Position numbers and translations under genes: made by a program. Below, piece by piece: positions 1-11,775 of a stretch of 64,000 nt of DNA. The stretch lies in the NCBI RefSeq assembly GCF_009914755.1, contig NC_060937.1; one strand, given 5' to 3'. The notes under the pieces are model-generated. The model was not told the DNA's origin. It saw nothing but the letters and a program-made list of their open reading frames with translations, and ran no database searches. Position 1 is the first letter of the stretch; each line of letters begins with the position of its first letter. Origin of the DNA: the human T2T-CHM13v2.0 reference genome, Homo sapiens.

Positions 1-266
1 TAAAATGTTCAAAAGTATGATATACAGAGTCATGTAGCTTCTTGCTTCTTATAAGTGGTTTATTAGGAGGATCCAATGCAGATATTTTGCATATCTGTAT
101 AGTTTATGCCATGGATGATCAGTGCTCTCTTTACTACTGGAAATAGAATCGTTAGTGTCTTCACATATAGTCAGATTAAAGATCCAATTCCAGAAACTCC
201 AGAAAGAATTCAGAAAACTCATCCTCAAAATTCTGGTCCTCTAGATCCACTCTTGGTACCAAAATC
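1..266 (-). mobile_element. ERVL internal region, 5' end (PBS/leader/start of gag), runs off the left edge of the window
   Basis: Reverse complement begins GATTTTGGTACCAAGAGTGGATCTAGAGGACCAGAA, matching the recalled HERVL/ERVL internal start. It abuts the 3' end of the MLT2 LTR. Confidence 0.75.
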
Positions 267-310
267 TATATTAGTCAGAGTTCTACAAAGAAACAGACTC
301 AATAGAATAG

Positions 311-342
<32 letters not shown>

Positions 343-409
343 AGATATATATCAATAGATATATATGTCTATAGAATATATGTATCAATAGTATATATAT
401 ATCAATAGA

Positions 410-451
<42 letters not shown>

Positions 452-848
452 TTATTATAGGAACTATGTAGTTATGGAGGACAAGAAGTCCCACAGTCTG
501 CCATCTGCCAGCTGGAGACCCAGGAAAGTCAATGGTGTTCTTCGATCTGAGTCCAAAGACTGGAGAACCAGAAGCACCAATGTTCGATGGCAGAAGAGGA
601 TGGATGTCCCAGCTAAAAAAGAAAGTGAATTCACCCTTCCTCAGCCTTTTTGTTCTATTCAGGCCCTCCATGGATTAAGTGATGCTTGCTCACTTTGAGG
701 AGGGCAGGTCTGTACGCAGTCCACTGACTCAAATGTTAATCTCTTCCAGAGACCCCCTCACAGACACATCCAGAAATGACATTTTATCAGCTATCTAGGC
801 AACCCTTCCTTAGTGCAGTCAAGTTGACACCTAAAATTAAACATCATA
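267..848 (-). mobile_element. MLT2-family LTR (5' LTR of the ERVL provirus)
   Basis: TATTAGTCAGAGTTCT at the left end, AAGTCCCACAGTCTGCCATCTGCCAGCTGGAGACCCAGGAAAG inside, and CAGTCAAGTTGACACCTAAAATTAAACATCA at the right end. The embedded microsatellite is typical of MLT2. Confidence 0.85.
302..451. repeat. (GATA)n/(TA)n compound microsatellite inside MLT2
   Basis: Runs of TAGA and TA are directly visible. Confidence 0.95.
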
Positions 849-2718
849 AGCAGGGAAGATGGTGTGGGAGGTGAGATGTATGTCTGTGAGCAGAAGCTGG
901 GTGGGTCTCTGCATGAACATGTAGGTACGGGTGCAAGCATGTGGGAGCTGCTGGTGGCAAAACTCAACAGAAGCAACTCATATTTAGGAAGTGAATCAGA
1001 TGTCACATCCTCTGAGCCTGTGATATTTCATGATCTGGCACAATAAAAGGCTCTCAGAGCAGGTTGTATAATAAAAAGCTAAATTTTCCAATGGTTTTTG
1101 GAAGAATGTAACTTCTGACTTTTAACAAAAAACAGAAACAAACACTTTCTTTCACAGTTAGAAATTGTCTGCCAGGCTTCTGGAGGCACCTGGGCCGTGT
1201 GGGTTCACAGTGGTCATTCAGGGAATGGATGGACATGGTGAGTTTCTGAAGCACGGGCACCACCCTTACGGTAGGGGGAGGGCTCCAACACCAAGGCCCC
1301 CAGCACACATTTCACAAGGAAAAATGACCGTGTAGTGCCTGTGTTGGTAGGTGATCAACTCTGCTGAAACTGAGAAGGGAATTTTTTTCTAGTTAGAGGC
1401 CTCACATTAAGCATGCATTGGCTTCATCTGGAGTGTGCAGAACAGAATCATTCTCTTCCCCATTGCTCCCCAAGAACAGCAATTAGAATGCAAGTTCATC
1501 TCCATATAATGCATTAAGACTTTAATGTCAGTAAACGCTTCTTACATATTAGATGCAGTGAGGAAATGTTAGTTGAAAATTCACAGACTGGTATGATCAG
1601 TTTCCTCTAGGATAAAATGTGATAAATGGGTTTTAATAAACTGAGGAGAATTATAGGCACCATCTTCTTGGTTCCTGTCAATTTTACTTAGAGTAAAATG
1701 CCATCGCAATAATTAGCTGGTTTTTACTGTATTCATTAAAAGTTTTTCTAATGACCACTTGAGGAATAAGAAAAATTAATTTCTTTCTTGAACATCAAAG
1801 GAATTCATCAATCAAACAAAAAGCAAACTTCAGGGATTATGAAAGACAGGGTGAGGGTCGGTGGTTTTCCGTGCCCACTGTGGGGACAGCGCTTTCGCGC
1901 CGTCTGTCATTGGCATGGAAGCTCGAGGCCATTCCCCCGAGCTGTGCTGATGGAGAGGGATGCAGGCCCCGGGTGGGGACCCTGGCCGTCCTTCTCAGGT
2001 GCCATTGAGCTGTGACTCCAAGGCCTCCTCCTCCAGGCAGCTTTCCTTGACTGCTCCAACTTCAGGGCTCTCTCCTGCCTGGCCCACACACTTGAACTAG
2101 GGCTCCTCAGTCTCAGAGGCTGAGGCCAGGTTCTCTCTCTGCCTGTGGCCCCTCAGAGTCCAGCATAGGGCCAGGCACTCTAGAGGGCTCAAGGGCCACT
2201 ACCCCCGTCCTAGCTCCTGCAGTGCTCGGCCAAGCTCAGCCCTTGTTCAGCACACCAGCCCTGTGAGTCACACTGTCCCTGGAGGGACTGAGGAATGTCC
2301 AGGGGTTGGTAGTGGCACAAAGGATGGAGCCACTGAAACGCGGTGGGTGGACACAGGAAGAGGACGGCCGCACAGCGAGGCCACGCCTGGCCTGGCTCGG
2401 AGGATGCGAGGAGGATTCTCCAGCAGGCAGGCATGGTCAGAGGGGCCACTGGGTAGCCAGATAGAGTCCCTGTGCCGACCCCATAGTCCACGGGGAGGAG
2501 CAGAGAGGCGGGTGAGGCCTGGGGAGATGACATCACATGGCTGGGGCTACTCAGTGGTGAAGGAAGAGACAAAGCGGGACACTGCTCTGGCTATTGGGGG
2601 GAGCAATGGTCCTTCTCACCTCTTGTGCCAGGTACAGCACTGGGGCCTGGGACCAGGACGAGCCTCAGAACACGGCTGGTGAGCACACCCACCTCCACCT
2701 GCACCCATCCCCGCTCCC

Positions 2719-4960
2719 CACACACACCACACACACACTCATCACACACACACTCATCACACACACACCACACACACTCATCACACACGCTCATCACACA
2801 CACACTCATCACACACACCACACACACTCATCACACACATGCTCATCACACACACCACACACTCATCACACACGCTCATCACACACACTCATCACACACA
2901 CCACACACTCATCACACACATGCTCATCACATACCACACACACACTCATCACACACGCTCATCACACACACCACACACACTCATCACACACATGCTCATC
3001 ACACACACCACACACACTCATCACACACGCTCATCACACACACTCATCACACACGCTCATCACACACACTCATCACACACACCACACACTCATCACACAC
3101 ATGCTCATCACATACCACACACACACTCATCACACACACACCACACACTCATCACACACACGCTCATCACACACACACCACACACACATCACACACATGC
3201 TCATCACACACCACACATACACTCATCACACATGTTCATCACACACACGCATCTCACATGCATCACACTCATGCACCACACACATGCTCACACACACATC
3301 ATACACACCACGCACACCATCACACACACTCATCACACACACACCACACACACTTATCACACGCATGCTCATCACACACACACCACACACGCTCATCACA
3401 CACATGTTCATCACACACATGTTCACACACACACCACACATGCTCATCACACATACGTTCATCACACACATGCACCACACACATGTTCATCACACACACG
3501 CATCACACACACCACACACATGCTCATCACACACATGCATCACATACCACATGCACTCATCACACACACAACTCATCACACATGCTCATCACACACCACG
3601 CTCACTCCACACACACACCACACATGATCATCACACACTCATCACACACCACACATGTTCATCACACATCACACACACACTTATCACAAACATGATCATC
3701 ACACACATGCTCATCACACACCACACATGTTCATCACACATCACACACACACTTATCACAAACATGATCATCACACACACATCACACACACCACACATGC
3801 TCATCACACTCATCAACACACACTAATCACACTTGCATCACACACATGCTCATCACACACGCATCACACACATTCATCACACACACACTTATCACACACA
3901 CACCACACACATGCTCATCACACACATGCTCATCACACACACCACACACACTCATCACACACACCACACATATTCATCACACACACATTCATCACACACA
4001 CCACACACATCACACACACATGATCATCACACATATGCTCATCACACATTCACACACACACCACACACATGCTCATCACATACACCACACACTCATCACA
4101 CAAACACTCACACACATAGCACACATGCTCATTACACACATGCTCATCACACACTCATCACACACCACACACACTCATCACACACACATCACATATGCTC
4201 ATCACACATGCTCATCACACACATGCTCATCACACACTCATCACACACATGCTCATCACACACACCACACACACAGTCATCATACACACTAATCACACAC
4301 CACACATATGCTCATCACACGTGCTGATCACACACATTCATCACACACCACACACATATTCATACACTCATCACATGCACACCACACACACTCATCACAC
4401 ACATTCATCACACACACAACACACACGTTCATCACACACTCATCACACACATGCCACACAATGCTCATCAAACATGCCACACACATGCTTATCACACATG
4501 CTCATCACACATGCCACACACGCTCATCATGCACATTAATCACACTCACACCGTGCACACTCATCACACACTCATCGCAAACACATTCATCACACATGAT
4601 CATCACACACGTCACACATACCACACATACGCTCATCATACACACTCATCACAAGCAACCCACACACACTCATCACACACACACATGCACACCTGCCAGA
4701 CACCACACGCACCACACCATATATACACTCAACCATCACAGGCACACACACACCACACACACAAACTCATCACACATACACCTGCACACACGGCCACACA
4801 CACTGGGCCATCACACAGACACCATGCACCACACACACTCATCACACACACCACACACACAAATCGGGCCATCACACAGACACCATGCACCGCACACACT
4901 CATCACACACACCACACACACAAATCCAATCACCTCACACACCCATCCACCCCCATCACA
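2719..4960. repeat. ~2.2-kb CA-rich compound tandem repeat built from CACACACTCATCA / CACACATGCTCATCA / CACACACCA motifs
   Basis: Directly visible. It is more homogeneous on the left and more degenerate on the right, and ends in a 61-bp duplication (4805 and 4866). It explains all the His/Thr-rich ORFs. Confidence 0.97.
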
Positions 4961-7900
4961 GCCCCCACCTCTGCTGAATGGAGCCCCACCATCCTTCAGT
5001 GGCCAGCTGGCACCTCGTCCTTGACGTGCCCCATCACACTTCCCTCTCCCGCCCACGAGGACCTCGGTAATGTCGCCCCTGAAACTGCTGCGGAACCTGG
5101 AGCCCACTGTGATGCAGAATTGGAATCCCAGCTCAGCCCCCTGCACTCCCGATTGCCCAGAAGAATGCCTTATTCCTGAGAGCCCCTTGGTTCTTCTCCC
5201 TCTCAGGTTAGGTGAGAAGGTCAATCTGGCCCTGCGGGTTATGCTGCCGGTTACATGAGAACCTCGTCGGCATGAAGAGGCCAGGCAGGTCCTCCGACAG
5301 TGCCACAGCCCCAGGCTTGTGCAGCTAAATCACGGAGGCCTTCCAGGCCCTGAACAGGAACCGGACGGGGCCCGAATGACACTGCTGGGGGGCCGCTCTC
5401 TGGATGCCATTGTGGCCGGGTACCGGGATGGTCGGCTGCTTGATTCCATGACTTAAAGCTAGATTTGGCCTTTTAAGCCTCTGTCTCAGTGCCCTTGGGT
5501 CCCTTCTGCGGCTCACCTACCTGTCTCTCGGTCTCTGGGGTGGGCTGGCAGGGTTCATTCTGGGACCTAGGTGGTGTGGCAGCAGTGGCTGTCATGGTGC
5601 AGAGCCGGCTTCTCGGAGTGCCTGGTCTGGGGATCCCCAGGGAAGGCACTGAAGCTGTCTCCTTGGCTCCCGGGCCTGTGAGGCCCAGCCAGCTCCACCC
5701 CTGCCCCACCCACCCCAAGCCCCACAGGGGTCCCCTACCTGGCAGCTCAAGTCCAGCCCCCTTTCCCAGGGCCCTGGGGGGCCCCATCCCCACCTCGTGC
5801 CAATCAAGGGTGATGTGTGGGCTGCTGGGCCTTTGGTCCCTGTTAGGGTCGCTCAGAGAAGCCTGGGTGGACATGAAAGTTCGAGGCTTCCAAGCCAAGA
5901 CTCAGGAATAAGCAGGGACCTTGCCTGTAGCGTCCCCAACTCCTGAGCAGCTCTCCAGCTTCTGGCTCCCCTGGCTCTTTTTGGCTGAGGGGGCTCCTCT
6001 GTGTAACTCGGCCAGGCCCTCTTTCCAGGCTTTTATTCTTCCTGCAGTCAGAGAAGGGGACAGAGGGGGCCTCTGGTGCCAGCTCTGAGGCCTCTCTTGA
6101 AGCCCAGCCTGAAGGTGTCTGTCCCCACCTGCTGCCACCCCCACCCTGAGATGGGGGCTTAGAGCCTTTGCCCTGGTGGCTTGCCCTGCTGGGACTCCTT
6201 CCTCTAATCTCAGAATGACCGACCCCTCGCCTCCCTCACGTCGCCGTTTCAGAGCTACTTTCTCACCCAGACCCCTGACCGGTGCTCCTAGTTTCCCCAC
6301 CCACCTGTGCTACGTGTTCCCAGGTGTCTGCCACCTGCAGCAGGCTGCCCAGTCATTTCTCCCTCCCGGTGTGCTTTCACCATCGAGCCCCTTCTGGCCC
6401 CATCCTCCAGCTCCCGCCGTGTTGCTCAGAGCAGCTCACGGTGCACGGCGACTCCGGGGAATGGGGTTCCCACAGCTCCTCGGCTTCCATAAAGGCCACG
6501 GCGGGCTCTGCAGGGCAAGCTGGCCTCTGCGATCACTGCGCAGTGACCCCTCACAAGTAGCATTTTTGCACTTGGGAATCTACACGTTTTTTCATTTTAA
6601 AAGGAGTGTGTCCCTGCTGTTTGAGAAATATGCCCAGGAACACAGCCCTTCTCAGAGAGTCTGGATACTTAAAAGGAAAGCTCTTGATTACATAGGGGAG
6701 TTCACCGTGGTGCAGTGTTGGCTGAGGCATGGCCAGCACAGGGCAGGAGCTGGGGGATTGGCACCTCTGAGGACAGGAAGACACTCATGGTAGCAGCAAC
6801 ACACTGGTTGCACCTGCAGAGGCCACAGGCTCAGCAGAGCTGCCCTGGCGATGCTGGTGATTTCGGGAGCTCTCTCTAGAGGGCCGGGAGATACTGCAGC
6901 CTCAGAAGTGGCCGCCAGGAGTGCCTCTGGCAGATTGAGATGGTGATTTAGCTGGTGATCATGCCGCCGTCCGTGTTCACTCTCCATCAGAAGCCACACC
7001 TCACTCTCTTAGAGCGAGGGAGAGACACACTCAAGCTGGGGGTGAATGGCATCTGCAGAGCCAGATCCAGGGGCCAGGAGGATCGGGGACTCCCCGGGAG
7101 GAGTCTCCATGCCACGTGAGTCAATCAGGGAACCCTAACTGGAAAGCAGTAATACAAAGTAATTGAGTTTAATACATAATTTAGATGGTTACTCGTTAAG
7201 CTAATGCCTCCCGCTTAGGTGTGGGGAGAAAATTATTTATCTCATAGACGGGGAAGATTTCATTTGTTTTTATAATGGAATGCTTACCAATTGACTTTAG
7301 TAAGAGCAGTTTGTTAAATCAGATTTTGAATTGGTGCATAGATTTGAAGTTCATAAGTTAGTTTTTGATGTGATATACTTAGCGCCTCCCTTCTTCCCTT
7401 AAAGTGGCTGGATTTATTCTCCCATGAGGCTGTGCGCTCATTGTTGTCCTGCATTATGGAAATTACATCGGTTCTCCGTGGTGTCTTCATGAGAGGCAAT
7501 TTTACTCCTGACTTCTACCGTTTTTTTTTTTAATTTAAGAAGGGACATTAAAGAGACTCTGCTTGCTGCTTTGCGGGGACTTTTTCCTCTTGAAAACAGT
7601 CCCAGGGCTGCAAACAAATGCTTTGGTTAAATACCAGAAAGGAACTTACTAACAACTCCTTACTTGGGTCCAACCAACTGTCATTCATTAACCTGTTTGA
7701 TTTTCTCAGCAATCCTGTGAAGTCAAGCGGCCGCTAGGAACCCAGCTCGTGTGTGTGCACGTTGAGGCCCCGGGCCTGGTCACCACCCATAGCTGGGTGC
7801 TGGCCTGGCAGTGGGGACCAGGCCTTTCATACCCACAAAGCAGGGCTGCCTGGGCCTGGACCCAAGCTCATCTGGCCAGCCCAGTGATGGCGACCCTGAC

Positions 7901-8662
7901 TCAGTTTCCCTATCAACAGAACAGGGATAAGATACTGAGTACCTTGGAGAGGGTTTGAGGATGGAAGGAGGCGATGCCTGCCCAGGGCATGGAACAGAGC
8001 CAGTACCAAGAGCTTAGCTCTGGGCATTGCAACTACCCCAGTGGAATGGCTCCCGGACCCCTCCCCGAACCAGCTCCCCCTACTCCAACAGCCATACCGC
8101 CAGGCAGACAGCATCTGACCCAGAGGGCCCCACCCTCACGCCTGCTTCTCCCCAACTGTGGGGCCTCAGGTGGGCATCCCTGTGCTCCAGGTCTCAGCGT
8201 CCTCAGCTATGAAACAGGCTGCTGAGGCCTCCCTAGGGCACCCAGCATCCCTGCTGAGGGCAGAGGGGATCTTGCTGACAGGCTGCAGGAGACCACCCCA
8301 GGAGCCAGGGGTTTGCCCAGTCTCCTCTGGGGCAGCCGTCCAGGCAGAACCTCAGCCCCCAGATAGCAGGATCAGGGCGAAAACTAAGTCATCAGGACCA
8401 CAGGCCTGCAGGCCATCCCTGCCCGGTTCATTCAGCAGCCTCAGTGACAGGTGCTGGGGAAGGCCCTGGTGCAGGCAGCCTTTATTTCAACTTTCCCTGG
8501 ACCCCCAGCCCCTCCAGCTCCAGTCTCTGTGTTCCCATAGAGACCCCCAGGGCACAGCAGGGAGTGCTTTCCACAGCCCCAGCTGCACCGCACTTCCAGC
8601 TTGCCTCTGGAAACAGCCACAAATAGCAGGGCAGCACCAGAAGGCAGGCCTTTAAGGAGAAC

Positions 8663-8875
8663 GAACACAGGTCTCCACCCTCAGACAAACACAGGTCTCC
8701 ACCCTCAGATGAACACAGGGCTCTACCCTCAGACAAACACAGGTCTCCACCTTCAGACGAACACAGGCCTCCACCCTCAGATGAGCACAGGTCTCCACCC
8801 TCAGCACAGGTCTCCACCCTCAGGTGAACACAGTCCTCCACCCTCACATGAACACAGGCCTCCACCCTCAGAAAC
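8663..8875. repeat. 24-bp minisatellite GAACACAGGTCTCCACCCTCAGAY, ~9 copies including one shortened unit
   Basis: Units start at 8663, 8687, 8711, 8735, 8759 and 8783. They appear as TNTGLHPQ repeats in the ORF track. Confidence 0.95.
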
Positions 8876-11689
8876 AGAAGCTCCACAGAGCCCCCAAGGG
8901 ACCCTGGGGCACCCTGGAAGCATCCACTGCATACTGGAGCCACCTCAAGAGCCATGGGGGCTGGGAGCCCCGGGGTTCTGGGAAAGCTCTCCCCAGTGGA
9001 ACATTGGAATAAATGTGCGTAGCTGTGAAAACTCCCTTTACATAAAATCAAAAAGAGAGCCTGTGTAAAACATTTCTAAATACCCAGGACCTTAAGACAC
9101 AAGCCCTTCCTGCTGGGCACCTCCACAGCCGCTTCCTGCCCTTCTTGCCTCCAAGCCGGTGCAGCTCCTTCTAAAACACCTTGGTGCACCCAGGGTGCCC
9201 AGAGGAAGGCGGGAGCCCACGGGAGGCACGTGGATGGGAGTGAGCCCCTCCACCAGCTTGCTGGGAGGCAGATGGTCAGGGAAGGGGTGCCCCACCACTC
9301 TACTGCAGAAGAATCTGTTACCATGGAAGCATCCGGGGCAACGAGGAGGTGACTTTACACCCCAGGAAGTGGGGCCCTCTGCCCCAGGGATGGGTGAGCT
9401 CATTTGCCAGGAGGCCCCTTCAGACTGAGGCACCTGGGGTGGGGGGTGCAAATCCTGGTCCTGCCCCCAAGGGCCCTGGGCATGGATGCCCTCAGCAAAC
9501 TCTCCCCAAGACCCAGGCACGGGGTGAGGCGGGACCTGTCCTGGAGCTCCCAGGCTGGGGCAGCAGGGAAGGACAGGGCGAGGGGCCCTGGTGTGAAAGT
9601 CCAGGTGGGAACGCCCTCAATTGCCCCCCCCGCCCCACCCAGTCCCTGACCTGAAGCTGCCTCTGGGACTGAGGAGCCTCACTCTGTCCCTGGTCCAGTG
9701 GCCCGGGCTCCCCAGCCTGTGGAGTGACAGTTGCAAGGCAAGGACAGGCAAGTGCCAGCACCCATGGCTGTGGTCCCAGTCTGGTTGCCTCAGCCTCCAG
9801 AGCCCCCAAGCCTTCACCCAGCCTTGCAGGCCCTACTGCTCACACCCGGGCTCATGGATTTGAGCCAAGCTCACCTGTCTGCCCAGTGGCTTTGGATTCA
9901 AGAGCGTCCATGGCTCCCCCTGCTCCCCAGCCTTGTCTCATAGTCCCCTGGGGTGGGCTGAAGGTCTCTGAGGGAAACCTGCTCTCACTGTGTGGAGCAC
10001 AGGCCCTGGCCCACAGCAGGCCAGCAGGACTTTCTTCTTGGCTCCTCAAATGGTGCCGCGTGGGCCGTGGGCACATGTGGCTGGCGCCCAGTGTCAGTTC
10101 CTTTCATTCACTTCCCTCTAAGCACCTCCGTGGGTGAGTGGCCACCATCCTGGACACACACAAAGCCTCAGCTGGCGTGTGGCAGGCTGGGGGGAGCTCA
10201 GCCATTCCACTCAGAGGTGGTGGCCATGGCCACTGCCCCGAAGAAAAGGAAGAACTTGTTTACAAATTGTTCACTGAAAATTGAGTTGCAAACATTGGCA
10301 TCAGGCCTTGCCTGCCAGGCCACCCGGATTGGAGGGTAACTTATGAAGATTGCTTTACCTGGGGGCATGCTGGTCTATGCCTGTGAGTAATTCACACCAG
10401 GCTCATTTCAGATGCAGTCAAAGACCCCCATATTTCACCACAACCATGTAATCACAGAGCCACGTTAAAAATTCATTATTGTTTAGAATCCAGCTTGGTT
10501 TGAAAAACACTTATTATAAAATTCAACGGCCTTTGTAAATTACCAAAAGGTTTACTCAAGAATCCTAGGTGCTGTGGTTTAGACCGGGAACTTACGATTT
10601 TATTGATTCTGTGGGATTTTGTCTGTCCCTGCATTTATAAGGCATGATTAGTGAGTGATGAGATAATAAACTCCTCCGTGCTGGTTCGGAAATAATGATG
10701 AGTTGAGTTTGCATCCTCAAATTTCTCATGCAAACCACTCCTGCTCCAAAGAGTCCCAGATGCAACTTTGGGTGGTTTTGCAGGCAGTGTGGCCATCATC
10801 TCCCAAGGGGAGAGAGCGCAGGGGGAACTGGCTTCTCTGCTCGCCTATTTGTGGGATCCCGGCAGACCTGCCCACCGCATCCCAGGAGAGCAGCCATGGA
10901 GCCTGATTCTGTTTCCAGGCCAGCTCGAAGCGTGCTGGGAAGCACTGGCAGAGCTCCTGCAGATGCAGATGCTCCTCTGCCTCTTTCGTGGCAGTCCAGG
11001 GACTAGATGTGTGTCTGCACAAGCCCTCATCACTTACACGTGGTTGAACAGGCAGGACTTGGTGAATTCCTTCTCAGTTTTGTCCTGAGAGGCAGACAGC
11101 GTGCCCCTGGCAGCCTTGAAATGAGGGGTCATTTGGGGATCCTGAAAGCTGAGGTTCTAGCCCAGGAAGTGCCCCAGAGCCCGGCCATCCTGACACACTG
11201 ACTCTCCTTCCATGCTGGGAGACAGCAGCTCTGCCCTGCCCACCTGCCCAGAAGTGGCCAGCTGGCTTTTTGCCAGGTTCTGCCCTCTGCAGCCCCAGAG
11301 CTACACCTGTCCTTTCTTAGAAGCTGCCAATGGCCATGAGTGTCCAGGCCACTCTGGGAAGGACTGTAGTAAAATAGTCAATGTGTTTAATCCATGTTTC
11401 CCACTGGCCCACCCATGCCTTTGACCCACAGGACAGTGGCCACGCATGTGCTTGGGAAAACCACCATAACAGGTCCAGACAAGAGTGCTGGCCTGAGCAT
11501 GGGTCACGCTAACGTGGGTGGCTCAATTAAGGAACAGGGATGGACTTCCTGTCCTGTCGCCCCCACACACTCCTGCTTCTTCTAGTGGCCATTTCTGTGT
11601 GAGGCTGGAGCACAGTGGAAGGTCTGTGAACCTGTATTAAGCAAAATAGAAACTAAATGTGGACTTGGACTGAAAGGAAATTGAGTTAG

Positions 11690-11775
11690 ACAATGAAAAT
11701 GGATTGGAATGGAATGGAATTCGGATTTGAACTGAATGGAATTGAATTGGAAGTGGATTAAAATGGAATTGAACT
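11690..11775. repeat. Degenerate (GGAAT)n simple repeat
   Basis: ATGGATTGGAATGGAATGGAATTCGGATTTGAACTGAATGGAATTGAATTGG. Confidence 0.8.

Noticed and set aside
2594-5179. Long His/Thr-rich ORFs (up to 410 aa) as a metal-binding or histidine-rich protein
   Set aside because: They are open in all three plus frames because the CA-rich repeat rarely forms stop codons. There is no exon or promoter evidence.
8663-8875. 24-bp repeats (and the 55-bp repeats at 34356-34520) as CRISPR-like arrays
   Set aside because: They are head-to-tail tandem units with no unique spacers and no cas genes, in a primate context.
11690-11775. GGAAT repeats as satellite III / pericentromeric DNA
   Set aside because: Only ~85 bp and degenerate, so an isolated simple repeat.
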